Assembly (NCBI RefSeq): GCF_000143415.4
Contig: NW_003314308.1
Coordinates: 1,282,654 to 1,346,653, forward strand
From: Selaginella moellendorffii
Lineage: Eukaryota; Plantae; Lycopodiophyta
Length of the DNA stretch: 64,000 nt
Direction: 5' to 3'
The notes below the pieces were generated by a model, which was not told where the DNA came from, made no database searches, and saw nothing but the letters and a program-made list of their open reading frames with translations. How positions within the stretch are numbered: the stretch's first letter is position 1; every line of letters begins with the position of its first letter. The translations under genes and the position numbers were made by a program. This document shows positions 34,591-46,992 of the stretch, piece by piece.

Positions 34591-36000
34591 AGCCGCCCCT
34601 TGTCGACCAAACCAGCGTGGCAGCAGACCGATAGAACTGAAGAGAATGTCACAGAATCCGGCTTGGCGAACTCTTGCATTCTCTCAAACAGATCAAACAC
34701 TGCGTCACTGTCCCCCTGATGGCTGTATCCTGCGATCAGTGCTCTCCAAGACACTGCGTCCTTGTCTGGAAACCCATCAAACACTCAGCGAGGTTGCTCC
34801 ATGTCACCACACTTGCCATAGAAACTTATGAGGGAGTTTGCCACCGCTGGAGAGTTCTCTGCCCCAGCTTCTTCGATCAGACCAGCCTGTAGTTCTCCAA
34901 GACCTCCACAAGCCTTAAGTACCGCAGCAAAAGTCTGCAAGTCGGGTTTCAATCCTTGGAGTATCATCCTTAAAAAACTCCTGCAGGGCAAGCTCATGGT
35001 TGCCACTCTCGGTGTATGCTTCGATCATGATGTTCCACGAACGACGTCTTTGATCACCATCTTGTCAAAAACCCGAGCCGCATCATTCAAACTTCCACAC
35101 AGAGAGTAGAGACTGATCAAGTTGTTTGCAGTGTAAGCATCTTCCAGCCCGTCAAGAAAGCCAATGCCTTTTCCAGCGATGCCACTCTCAAGGACTTTCC
35201 ATCCACAAGCCGAGCCTCTTCCTTCTCGGCCATATCCAAGCACGCCTGGAGAATAAAGTTCTCGAACTGACAACCACGTCTCGTGCTTGCATGGCCGTGA
35301 ATAACTCGATAGCTCGCTCGGCCTCCCAACCTTTTGCATATCCCATGATCATAACATTCCAGGAGACCGAATCCTGCTCAATCATCCCATCCAAAACTCG
35401 CCGGCAATCCAGCAATCTCTCACACTTGGCATACATTTCCATCAGACTGTTGGAGACGAAAACGCTGGACGAAATCCCTGTCCCTGTTCTTGCAAGCTAG
35501 AGTCCGAGCATTCGCCTCCACTCCATCTTCCAGAAGCATAAGCTCAAAGAGCTCCAAGGCTAGCTCGTCTTCCCCTCCTTGTGAGCAAGCGCTGATCATC
35601 GCACTCCACAAAACCACGTCCTTTGTTCCCAAGTTGGCAGCCTGGAAAATCTTTAGAGCTTCTCTCACGCTGCCACACTTTCCATAGAAATCCACCACTC
35701 TGGAGCTGGGAATGGAGAGCCAAGCCTCTCTTGAGGCTCCTGAGCTTGATGATCCTCCCCTGTAAATCTCTCACCCCCTGGAGAGCCGCCGACCGTTTGC
35801 ATCCAACCCCTCGGCATGCAGCCGCGCAAAGAACTGGAGCGCGAGATCCGGCTGGCCGCACCACGTGTAGCCGCCGATGACGAAGTTCCACCGACGCCAC
35901 GGTGCAAATCGAAAATGCGGCGTGCCTCGTCCATCCTCCCCTGTTTCTCAAATCCATCAATGACTGCGTTGATCAAGCCGATGTTCTTACTGGAGAGGAG
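34590..36000 (-). pseudogene. Fragmented PLS-PPR pseudogene
   Basis: PPR motifs spread over all three minus frames (VDFYGKCGSVREA, MYAKCERL, LISLYSLCGSLNDA, FSSVLSVCCHAGLVDKG), truncated before the E domain. Confidence 0.88.
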
Positions 36001-37754
36001 ATCGCTCGCGGCCGTCGCCGTCCAGTTGGATTGGACCCATTCCTCTCAGCACGACATCAATCATTTGATTTTAGGGTTCTTGAGGTTTAGAGATGAAGAA
36101 TAAATATGTGGCTGTGGAAGAGCGGCGCTGTGGAAAATGTTCAAAGCATAGAGAACTTATATAACTCATGACCATTTTTCTGTTCGTTTTCTTTCTTTAC
36201 AGGATAGAAAAAGAGTAAGAAGGAGGATAATCAAAATGCAAAACTGTGCTTGGTCTATGCAAACTCACTGGATGCGAGATTTGATCAGGCCTCCCAAAAC
36301 TTGGCTGGGTCTTTGGTATAGACAGTCCGGTCCTGGATCTGCCAATCTACAATCCTTGCCTGGGTACATTTACAGACGAGCAGAGCGAGAAACAAATCCT
36401 CTCTGCTTCATTTATAGAAACAGCAAGTGAGCGACAAAATCTCGAACAAAACTCTCCTGTCAATTTTCCTTGGTTGAGTGAGGTTTTTTTTTTTGTAGAT
36501 GTAGAAGTCTAGGTCTTTAGCAAAGCCAATCTCAATATATCTTAGTTAAGTTGAATTCTACATTTAAAACTTCCTCATATACAAGGCCATAATTAACTTT
36601 AAGATATACATTCCAATTATAGGATAATGTCATTTTTATGTTGTTGAAACCTTCTATACTTTCTAGAGGTGCAAAGAGAAAATCATACTTTTATAACAGA
36701 GTCTTAGATATGGCCCTTTATATGGCAACCTTGGATTCTTTGGGATTTTAGTGACAATTCCCATAACAAATGCAATTGTGCACATCATCAAGTACACTAA
36801 CAATTTGTTAGTTGTAAATGATTAATTTTTTTCATTATACTATAGTTATTTAACTATATCTTAGATTAGTTGAAGAAGTCTTATTTATAACCTTCATAAG
36901 TCTTATTCCTAACTTGAGGACTTGATAGCCCCATAAATGGCATCTATACCATTTTACTTTTGCACTTAGTTTAAATGCTTTATGTATTTGATCCTAACAC
37001 AAACACCTAAAGGTATTATTAACATATTAACCCATTATGCTAAGGCATATCCATTCACTTTTGTTTTATTAATAATCCAAGACCATCCATACCATAAACC
37101 CATCTCCCATGTCCACACTTTAGCACCTTTAGAATGCTCAAAGATATAAAGAATACCCTTCCCCAATATCCCTTCTTTAATCCCCACTAAATCCCACTTT
37201 ATTCACAGTAGAGCTTGCATATACTGTCACTGAGTCAAAGTTTAAAGGTGTGACCACTAAGTTCTATTAACCTCTAAGACTTCCTTACCACATGATTATT
37301 CCTTTGGTCACTACATAAGAAGATTGTTTTTCTTCCTTTCCATAGTTTGAAACTTTATGACAATATTTCAAAACACCATGACCCTACACGAGCTTCATAA
37401 GTGCTCTCCCCACCTTCCGCCCTTAAATGCCTTAGCCATATGGCTAGAGCGAGGTTTTGATGAGCCACACTAGATATCCAAGTAAGTAGTATCATTGATA
37501 TTTGGATTGGGAACATTAACTATTTGATCTCTTGGGGCAGCTATAGTTGGCTTTTAAGTTACCTCATTTGTTTGTCCATGTTCACTTTAACCTTGAACTC
37601 TTTATTGCTTATATCATCACTTACCATATAGGTATAACTTTCCTTGGTCACATTGTTTTTCTTAGCTAAATTGGTTCCACTAAAGTCCTCCCCCTATTAT
37701 CCTTTTGGAGCTCATTAAACCTTTCAAGGTCTAGGAAATGATCACTTTGGGCTT

Positions 37755-37990
37755 TTACTCTTGGACTTGGACTCAGACTTAGTCTTGGTCTTGGCCTTGG
37801 TCTTGGTCTCGGTCTCGATTTCGGTCTCAGTCTCGGTCTCAATTTCAGTCTCAATCTCGGTCTTGGTCTCAATCCCAATTTTAGTCTCAGTCTTGGTCTC
37901 GGTCCTAGTCTTGGACTCTATAGTGGACTCCATCTCGGACTCCTTAGACTCTATTTTGGAGTTTTGCTTGAACTCCATCTTAAACTTCTT
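37755..37990. repeat. Degenerate hexamer minisatellite (GGTCTC/GGTCTT/GGACTC-like)
   Basis: Period-6 array giving ETKT/ETEI low-complexity translations. Confidence 0.85.
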
Positions 37991-38159
37991 CTCAGACTTC
38001 ATTTTGGACTTTATATCAGACTTGGTCCCATCACTTCCATATGTCAAGACACTTGCCATTTGTCAGTTCTTCTTGTATCCTTTTTTAGAGACTCATTCAC
38101 TAATTGTTTTTTGCTCATTCCTCGAGCACTTTATTCAAAATTCCACTCACACTTTCGAC

Positions 38160-39700
38160 TTTCTAAAATAGAACTTTTAATCCAAACATATTATATTTAT
38201 TAAACTTCCACTTCAACCACTGCCATGTGGCACACTTTAGCTCCACTTTGGGGCTTAGGGATTTATGACTCACATTGGTATGGAATGCAATCATCTTAGC
38301 ATAGGCCTTTAGCATATTAGGCAACATTCTATGGCTAAAGATGTAAGTTGAAGTCATTGGTGTTGGTGTTAGCTTCATATATTGCATTTGAAAACAGTTC
38401 AAAAAATATAAAATATAATAAGTTGATGACAGCTCCATGACTAAGGCAATACTTGATTGGTCTAATATTGACCATATTAAACCTTGAGGACAATTGCTCT
38501 ATAACAACAATTGAAAATCCACAATGATGATTATGAGCACTCCTAATTTCCATCTAGTTCTTTTATTGAGAGTTGTAGAAAATGATCTCATTGTACTTGA
38601 TGGTGGGCACACATCATGACATCACATTTGCTATGGGAATTGTCTCTTTGTTCATGGAGAATCCATAGTCACCATAAATAGGATAATTTAATATCTTAAA
38701 AGTACAGTCAATTATTATGTTGTATATGAGGAAGTTTTAGAAGCAAGATTTGACTTGACTGAATATGTAAATGTTAACTTTGTTAGACAGCCAAACTTCT
38801 ACAAATCAACCATAGGTTATCGCTATAATAGTGATTACATGATACATTAAGAGGAGCATATTAAGCCCTTTCTAGTGCTAAGACAAAGTATGTGGCATTA
38901 ATAATGGTGACACATGAAGCTATTTGGCTACGTTAAAATCTCATATGCATTTACTTTATTACTATAGAGTATATATTACTCTTTTACAATAATTAGAGGG
39001 TTATTATGATATCATAGAAGGATGAAGTTTATTCAAACCAACGAGAACATGTTTGTGAGAGAACTCTTAAAGTTTATTTCCTTCTAAATCACAATTAAAC
39101 ATTAAATATTTTCATCAAAGCTTTAGTAGAAGCAACATTCACTAATCAATACCACAATCTAAGAGTTGCTTCTGTTGACTACATCTCAAAAGGGATGTTA
39201 TATTATAGAAGAGTCCACCACCTCTAATTAGCTTTAGTTCTTTACTCTTAATTAGCTCTGGATAGCTATCAATTAGCCTCCAAAGTAAGTTACTAGCTAA
39301 CTAGTAGCTATATATCTAGAGTTAATTGGGAGTGAAGAATTGAAGTTAATTGGAGGCAATGGACTCTATAATGTTGCAAAACTCCCTCTCTGAGGCATCA
39401 CTAATAAAAAGAAATTTTAGATTATATTTGGGAATGTTCTCTTTAGTAAAGGGATATTATTCATGATTTAGAAGGAAATAAACCTAAATCCCGTTGAGAA
39501 TATGTTCTCGAATGAAGTGAAACTGGTTTTAATATGCTCTATCTTGCCATGATATCTCGCATCCTTCATGAGCGCAATAACACTTGGTATAGGCTTTGTG
39601 GGAATAAAGTTAATATACAAAAGATTTTATGTAGTAAAAGAGCCTCACATGTCATTGTTATTAATACCACATACTTTTCTTCAATACTAGAAAATGTTTC
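38160..39700. mobile_element. Interleaved decayed Ty1/copia RT-RNaseH-LTR fragments in both orientations
   Basis: 38160-38690 (minus) resembles 40070-40260 (SSRFNMVNIRPIKYCL). 38690-39290 (plus) has RNaseH, PPT and LTR start. 39300-39690 is an inverted copy (SSIEEKYVVL). A related inverted piece lies at ~36530-36630. Confidence 0.75.
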
Positions 39701-39719
39701 TTGGTCGACCATGTAATGC

Positions 39720-40950
39720 CATGGGGATGAAGGTGGAGTCTTCTCCAACCAACATTGTCTCAACAAAGTTTGTCTTCAAGATCAAGACAAATGGTAATGG
39801 CAATATCACATGGTACAAGGCTTGGCTTTTATCATATTAAGGGCATCAACTTCACTGAGATGTCCTCACCCATTGTAAGAATCTAATCAATTCATATGCT
39901 TCTAAAATATTTACGTTCACCTCCTTCTTGTCTGGGTATGGCCAACACCATACCTACAATCTGAATAAGGTGATTTATTGCCTTAAAGAAGTGTCAAGAG
40001 AGGTATGAAAAGATGGACAACTTTATACTATTAATTGGCTTCACTAAAACTATGTCAATGACACACCCATCATCATGGAGAACACAGCCTGTTAAGGAGT
40101 AGTTGTCTTCAAGGTTTGATATAGTCAACATTCGACCAATCAAGCATTGTCTCAGCATCCAAATTTGTTATTGTGATTTTGTCATGGAGCTATCTCAAAT
40201 TCATTAAGATGCAAAATGTGAAGCCCATATCAAATCATGTTGCCTAGCACACCAAAGAACTATTCTAAGATAATTACTGTTCTGTATTGACAAGCTATTA
40301 GCAACGTACTATACTTGATGGTTTGTACACATCCATACATAGTGCTTGCTATGGGCATTGTCTCCCAATCCAAGTTGGGAACACTTTAGTAGATATGTTG
40401 ATGCTGACTTTGTTGGAGATCCAGATTTCACAAATCCATATATATATTTATTTTGTTTTAATATGGGTTTTGGAGTGATCACATTGTCTAGCAAGAAGCA
40501 ACACATCACCATGAAGCAAAGTGCATGGTATTGACAAAAACACTCTTTGGCTACCCAAAAATCTTGTCTACATGAACTTTATTCCTAGAAAGTTTATACT
40601 AATTTTCTGTGACAATTAGAGTGCTATTACTCTCACCAAGGATGTAAGATGTCATCATGGAAGGATGAATTCAAATGCTATTTCAGTTTATCCAAGAACA
40701 TATTTACAAGGGAACTTTCAAAGTTTATTTCCTTCCAGGTTGTGAATAAATGGCAGGTATCTTCACCAAGCCTTTCCTAGAGGCAACATTCATTGATTAT
40801 CACCACACTCTAAGAGTTCTTCCTATCAATAGCACCTCTAAGGGGGAGTATTGGAGCATAATGGAGTTCACCACCTCCAATTAGCTCTAGTTATTCCCCA
40901 TTAACTCATGAAGTAGCTAGTAGTTAGCTCTAGTATTTAGAGCATGTTTT
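39720..40950 (+). mobile_element. Degenerate Ty1/copia retrotransposon 3' half (RT, RNaseH, PPT, LTR start)
   Basis: FVFKIKTNGNGNITWYKAWL; NKVIYCLK; YVDADFVGD; LSSKKQ; IFCDN*SAITL; PPT aagggggag at 40840-40848. Confidence 0.88.
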
Positions 40951-41865
40951 TTTGACTAGATCCATATCTTGTTAGGGGTTTTTTTGCTCTGTTATTTGAA
41001 CTTATTTCTCTTTTCTTCTTCAACCACAACTTGTGTTATGGTAAACCTGCTTGGAAAACACTAGATAGATTGCTACAGAGATTTTCTTTATGACACGACG
41101 TGTATGTAGCAACTAGTGCTGCCATTTTAAGAAGGGTCTACAAAACTTGGGGAAGCCACCACAGTCTACATTTGTAATTGGCAACTGAATGAAAAAGAAA
41201 AAAAAGTTTGTCCCAACAGCTCAGAAGGGCATTTGTTGTATACAAAAGATTGGAGTGGGACATTTTGTGCACAATTCAAGAGAAACCATTGAGACTAGCT
41301 TTTTGGCATGTTCTCAGCACTTCAAGACAAACCAATCGCAGAATACATTGAGCACAGTGTCGCTATCCACTAAGGATTTCCAAAGAAGTGCACGCAACTT
41401 GATAGTATTCCCGCTGTGTTGTGCGCGAAAACTGTTACCAAAGTAAGCAAACGTAAGCAAGAATGGTTTGCAAATGCATTGAGAATCCATAGCCCAAATA
41501 AAAACTCACAATGTCATCGCCTGTCACCCTATCTAGGGAAGTCTTCTTTGCACAAGCCATGAATCTTTGACAGTTTCTATTCGGGTTAGAACAGAACAGC
41601 ATCTATCCATATCTAGGAACCTCTTGCATCTTTCCATCACCCTAGACATATCATCCACCAGACCAAACGACTTAAAGCATTCTAGCCCGATAGTCATCAT
41701 AAAATTCCAAGAGAGCTGTTAGTTTTCTTGCTAAATTCTCAGAGGAAAATGGCAGGAAGTTATTGTAAGTCCTACTCGGAGCCAAGCCTCCATCTTCCAC
41801 GACGTGAACAATGCTGCACAGCTTCCCCAGTAAAATGGATTGAAGACCCTGAGCGGCCGGTACGA

Positions 41866-41888
41866 GGGTTCGAATCCCATTCTTGACA
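41866..41888 (+). other. 3'-terminal 23-nt fragment of tRNA-Leu (intact B-box, 3' acceptor strand), followed by a T-run
   Basis: gggttcgaatcccattcttgaca vs gggttcgaatcccattcctgaca at 28245-28267 (22/23). No A-box, D-arm or anticodon arm upstream. Confidence 0.9.
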
Positions 41889-41936
41889 AATTCTTTACAT
41901 TTTTGCTATTTTGCTAGGGTTTTGGAAAGAGCCGCC

Positions 41937-44301
41937 ATGGATGTGGATTTGGAGGCGGCAGTGGTGCGCCAAGGCGATCTTGTGCGGGCGCTCAAGGAGC
42001 AGAGTGCTCCCAAGCAGGAAATCGATGCGGCTGTGACGGTGCTCAAGGATCTCAAGGTAAAGCTGGCCGCCAAGGAAGCAGCGAGCGCGCAGGTGAAGAA
42101 TTTCCGCGAGACCGTCACCAATGTGCTCAAGAGGAGGCTCTTCTTCGTCAAGTCTTTCAAGATCTACGGTGGCGTCGCGGGATTGTTCGATTATGGCCCT
42201 CCAGGCTCGGCCGTCAAGGATAACGTCTTGAGCTTTTGGCACCAGGTAAAATATCGAGCTTTAAAAAACCATGGATAATCTTCTTACATTTTTCTTTCTC
42301 GCAGCATTTTGTAGTGTATGACGATCTCCTCAAAGTGGATTGCCCATGCTTGACACCCGAGGCTGTTCTCAAGGCCTCCGGGCACGTCGACCGATTTACG
42401 GACTTGATGGTCAAGGACGTGAAGCTGGGCGATTGCTACCGAGCCGACCACGTCGTCAAGGATTTTGTCAAGGATGCTCTGGAGAAAGACCCACGCATGC
42501 CAGCGGCTCAGAAAGAAGACTATGCTCGAACTCTGGCGTCGCTGGATGACTTTACTGCCGATGAACTTGGTGCAAAGATCAAGGAGTATGGCATCAAGGC
42601 TCCAGACAGCAAGAACGACTTGTCCGAGCCATTCCCGTTCAATCTCATGTTCGCAACGCCGATTGGTCCCGCGGGACTTCTTCAGGGGTACGCATGCATT
42701 CTTTCATTCTTTACGTGCTGTCACTCATCCCGCTCTCCTCAGGTACTTGAGACCGGAGACTGCTCAGGGAATGTTTGTCAATTTCAACGAGCTGCTTCTT
42801 TATAACGGTGGCAAACTACCTTTTGGTGCAGCTCAAGTCGGCCAGGCATTTCGTAACGAGGTAGAGATTTGCTTCTGCTCTCCTTTCTCTTTTGTGTTTA
42901 GAAGCTGAGTTTGGATGCTTCAGATTTCTCCACGACAAGGTTTGCTGAGGGTGCGCGAGTTTACGCTCGCGGAGATAGAGTTTTTTGTCGACCCGGTCGA
43001 CAAATCTCACCCAAGGTTCGGCAGTGTTGCAGACCTTGAGTTTTTCCTCTTCCCAAGGTCGCAGCAAGTGAACATGAGTGCTCCCCTCAAAGTACGTCTC
43101 GGGGATGCAGTCGCACAGAAGATCATCGACAACGAGACGCTTGGCTACTACATCGGACGGACATACCTGTTCCTCACTACTCTCGGAATCAACAAGGAGC
43201 GGCTGCGGTTTAGACAACATCTTGCCAACGAGATGGCGCATTATGCTGCAGATTGCTGGGATGCTGAGATCGAGTGCTCATACGGATGGATAGAATGTGT
43301 TGGCCTCGCTGATCGCTCTGCGTACGACTTGGAGGCACACTCGGTAAGCTAGATTGCTTGCATCCTCTTTGAGTTCTTTCCTTTCCTTTGCTCGTGCAGG
43401 CAGCCAGCAACACCAAACTTGTGGCTTCACGAAATTTACCCGAGCCCATCCTTGTAGAGGTACCTAGGATTGAGGAACAGCGTCGTTTCTCATGCCTTGT
43501 TGTTTCAGGAATTTAGACCGGTTCCAAACAGGAAGCAGATTGGCATTTGTTTCAAGGCGGACCAGAAGTTGGTGTTAGAATCCCTGGAGGTAGAGTGTTT
43601 TCTACATTTCGTGAACATATTTCTCAAAGCCTCTTTTGCAGAAACTTAGCAGTGAAGAGGTAGTAGAAATGGTGGCAAAGTTGGAATCCGCAGGCGAGGC
43701 ACCGCTCCATTCCGACAGCACGGACAAGACGTTCACCATCAAGAAGGGCATGGTCGACAAGCAGGTGACCAAGAAGACGAAGGACAAGGAGAGCTTCACA
43801 CCGTCAGTGATCGAGCCGTCGTTTGGCATCGGCCGCATCATCTACTGCCTGTTCGAGCACTGCTTCGACACCCGCGAGGGAGCGGACTCAGTGGAGCAGC
43901 TCAACTTCTTCCGCTTCCCCCCCGTGGTGGCTCCCGTCAAGTGCTCGGTCTTCTCCCTGGTGCAAAACGCGGGGCTGGACGAGCTAGCACAAAGCATCTC
44001 GGTGGAGCTTCGAAGAGCAGGATTGGCGGTCAAGACAGACATCACGGGCAGGTCCATTGGCAAGAGATATGCTCGGACGGACGAGATCGGTATCCCATTT
44101 GCGATTACTGTGGATTCCTCCGAGGGAGGGGTGACGGTGAGGGACCGGGACTCCAAGGAACAGATTAGAGTTCCGGTGGAACAGGTGACGCAGCTCCTCA
44201 CGGACCTGTCCGCCGGTAACAAGAAGTGGAAGGACGCTCGGTGTGCGTATCCTGCTCACACCTCCTCGGACAAGACCGACGAGGACAAGACCGATGAGTA
44301 G
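41937..44301 (+). CDS. GlyRS: Glycyl-tRNA synthetase (eukaryotic alpha2 type) with WHEP domain, multi-exon
   Basis: WHEP (QGDLVRALK...IDAAV..LKDLK); [15 protein letters not shown]; [10 protein letters not shown]; [11 protein letters not shown]; [23 protein letters not shown]; [11 protein letters not shown]; [11 protein letters not shown]; [13 protein letters not shown]. Confidence 0.97.
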
Positions 44302-44432
44302 AACTCCATATCCTTTCAACAAAGTTTCTCTACTACTTGTTCTTAAAGATCGCGACCACTGTCCCAAGGAACTCATAGCTCGCCGTGAGTGATCCAAACC
44401 AAGAACTCGTCAAACTACCAACTTTGCAAACA

Positions 44433-46729
44433 CTAGCTTCGTAGCCGAGCGCGTTTGCGAACCCTCGGCTTCGTCTCTGTTAGTTCTTCGACTCGATTGT
44501 GATGCTGCTTGTCTTGATTCTGTGGCGGTGTTCTCGTCATCTCGCGATCGAGCAAACTTGCGGCTTCTTCACCACTGGCTTCCAGGGAAGTTGTACAAGT
44601 AATCTCTTGTTTGCCGTTGCTACAAGGCGGTCTTGTCACCTCCTCCTCGAGGAAACCGGGCTCGGCTTTGCCTTGTTGCTCCACGCCACCGGTCACGCAC
44701 GTTACTAGCGCATACTCGACTGCGGTGCCATACTCGGACGACTTTCTCACGTCCAACAGAACCACACGCCCGCACTGCACCTTTTCTCGTTGCAAGGCGG
44801 ACAGATCGACTGGGCCTTGAGGCAGCTGTTTCTGTTTCTCGGTTTCACCCTGCATTTCCTTGTCACGTCCAGAACTTCCAGAAAGCAAAAAAGAAAACAC
44901 AGGTACCTCGAAGCTGAGAGGATGCAAAATTTCGACCTCTTCGCACATACACCCGTCGGACATGTGGAGCTTAAGCAGCACGTCGAGAGCCTTCAGTTCT
45001 ACCGCCTTCCTGAGCGCACGCAGCGTGAGAAACAGGCTCAAAGTTTTCATGCGGCGGATATGGATACCTTCGGACGACGTAAGGCCGCTCCTTGAGCAAA
45101 GCCGGCTTAAAGTCGGGCCTGTCAGGAAACTCTATCTGCAAATTACACTGCTCATTCGTCACGCACAACCAACCGAGGACTTACCTCGACGTGTTTGATA
45201 AATTGCAAAGGTGCCTTGTTTCCGTGTGGACTTTCTATGCGCAGCGTCCACTTGACACAGTTATTCACTTCACAGGAAGAAACAGAAGGAACAAAGAGTT
45301 AGCATTGTTCAACAATCAACGCTTCTTTGCTTACACCATGAGTAGGAACAACAGACTAGAAGGTGGTCAAGGCGTATAAAAGGAGGGATGTTCCTGTTTA
45401 GCAGTCTCATGACACCAAGAATCACCTGTCATGCCAAAGTCGTGTAAGAAACTAGAAAGCTTCATGAGCACCTGATCGACTCGAGCATGGATAACCAGCG
45501 TCGCCTTCTTGTCCTTTGGTGTCGCCTGCAATGCAAGTAACTCAGCACTCACACAATGCTGTTAAAAGAAAAGGACCAGCCTGAAGGTTGACAATCACGA
45601 GCTTCCCTCCTGCTCGCACCGTTTTCAGAGGCAGATTGCACGCCGGAGTGATCTGCAAGCTGCCAGAAAGATTGAGCAGCGTGTGAGGGGATGGAAACCA
45701 AAATAAAAAACTCACCTGGTTCCCAAGCAGACAATGAGGTCGGCCTCCTTGCAATGCTTCTCAGCTGCACGTAGTTCTTTAGGAGGTAATGCTCCCTGAT
45801 CAGAGCCACAAGAGAAACGTTCACTAGACAGATAGTCTGCTGTACCTCCCAATCGACAATCGTATCTACAAGCCTTCCCACGCAGCCGGGAACAGAACAT
45901 CGCCTTCCCGTGCGCTTGATGCCTATGGTTTCCATCTCGAAATCACGTAGATACCTGGTTAAAGAGTATGTAAGACTCTCAGAGAGAAAAAATAAAATTT
46001 GGGAGAGGAAACAACACTCACTCTCTTCCACATGAAGGGCATGTTTCCATGAAACTATTCCCATGCAGCTCTGAGAGCTTGTCTCTGGGAATGCCCGACC
46101 GCAGATGCAAACCATCGATGTTCTGCGTGAGACAAAAAAAAACACAAGTTTTGCCATGCTTGAGACTTGAGAGAGAAAAAAATGAAAGGAACCTGGCTGA
46201 TGATAAACTTGAGAATCCCAGCACGAACAAGCTCCACCAGCGCCATATGCGTGGTTCCAGGCCTTGCCTGGTGGAACTGGACATCGGCCTTTGGTAACGG
46301 CTTGCCTTCATGCTGCAAAGCAAGATGAGAGTTGCTACTAGAAAACCATAAGAACAAAGAGGTAAAATCGCTCACCTGGAGCGTCCAAATCCCTTTGGGG
46401 CCACGAAAGTCTGGAATGCCGCACGAGGTCGATATCCCAGCGCCTGTGAATGCCACCAGATGCTTGCTCTAGGCAGAGAGAAGAATGAGGAGATCCATCA
46501 ATCAATCGATTGCTATGATCGCGAACAAAAGGATCGGTCGTTACCTCTTGTATGAGTTGAGCAAGCTGCGCTATCTGGAGGAATCAACAGGGCAAACCCT
46601 AAGCAAAGGAGCGATCGAAGTGACACACACCTTGCGGTCGACGTCTTGCGCGGGGTCGAAGAGCTCTGGCATGCCCAGCTTGCCGACATCCGCCTTGAAC
46701 GAGAGCTTCTCGGCATACCCGAGAGCCAT
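44433..46729 (-). CDS. SRT1: NAD-dependent deacetylase SRT1 (class IV sirtuin), multi-exon
   Basis: [16 protein letters not shown]; [25 protein letters not shown]; [26 protein letters not shown]; CPSC; [16 protein letters not shown]; VIVNLQ.TPKDKKA. Confidence 0.96.
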
Positions 46730-46992
46730 TGTTAACAAGGAAAGTATATAGGTTACCTCCACCTTATAAAGTTTTGCCAGCCTTCTCCACTCCAAAGTTC
46801 TTCCCAAATGGACTCTTTCTTCCAACTTTCTTCTTCCTCTTCCTTGAGATTTTTGAAATGCTCCACTACTTCTAGCACTGATTTTTGAGGAACACGAAGA
46901 ACAAAGTTGATCTTAGCAAGCATGGGTACAGGTATCAGCGAAAAATTCCAAGCTTTTTATTCCAGAGAAGGAGAAGAAGAGTGTCTACATCT

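Noticed and set aside
34021-34719. 232-aa decarboxylase ORF as a functional enzyme or recent bacterial transfer
   Set aside because: GTG start after a frameshift, internal deletions upstream and a C-terminus made of antisense PPR. This family is known in land plants, so no transfer claim is supported.
41866-41888. tRNA fragment as an LTR-retrotransposon primer-binding site or SINE head
   Set aside because: A PBS would include the CCA complement (TGG) next to an LTR end, but here GACA is followed by AAT. A SINE head would retain the A-box and 5' half.
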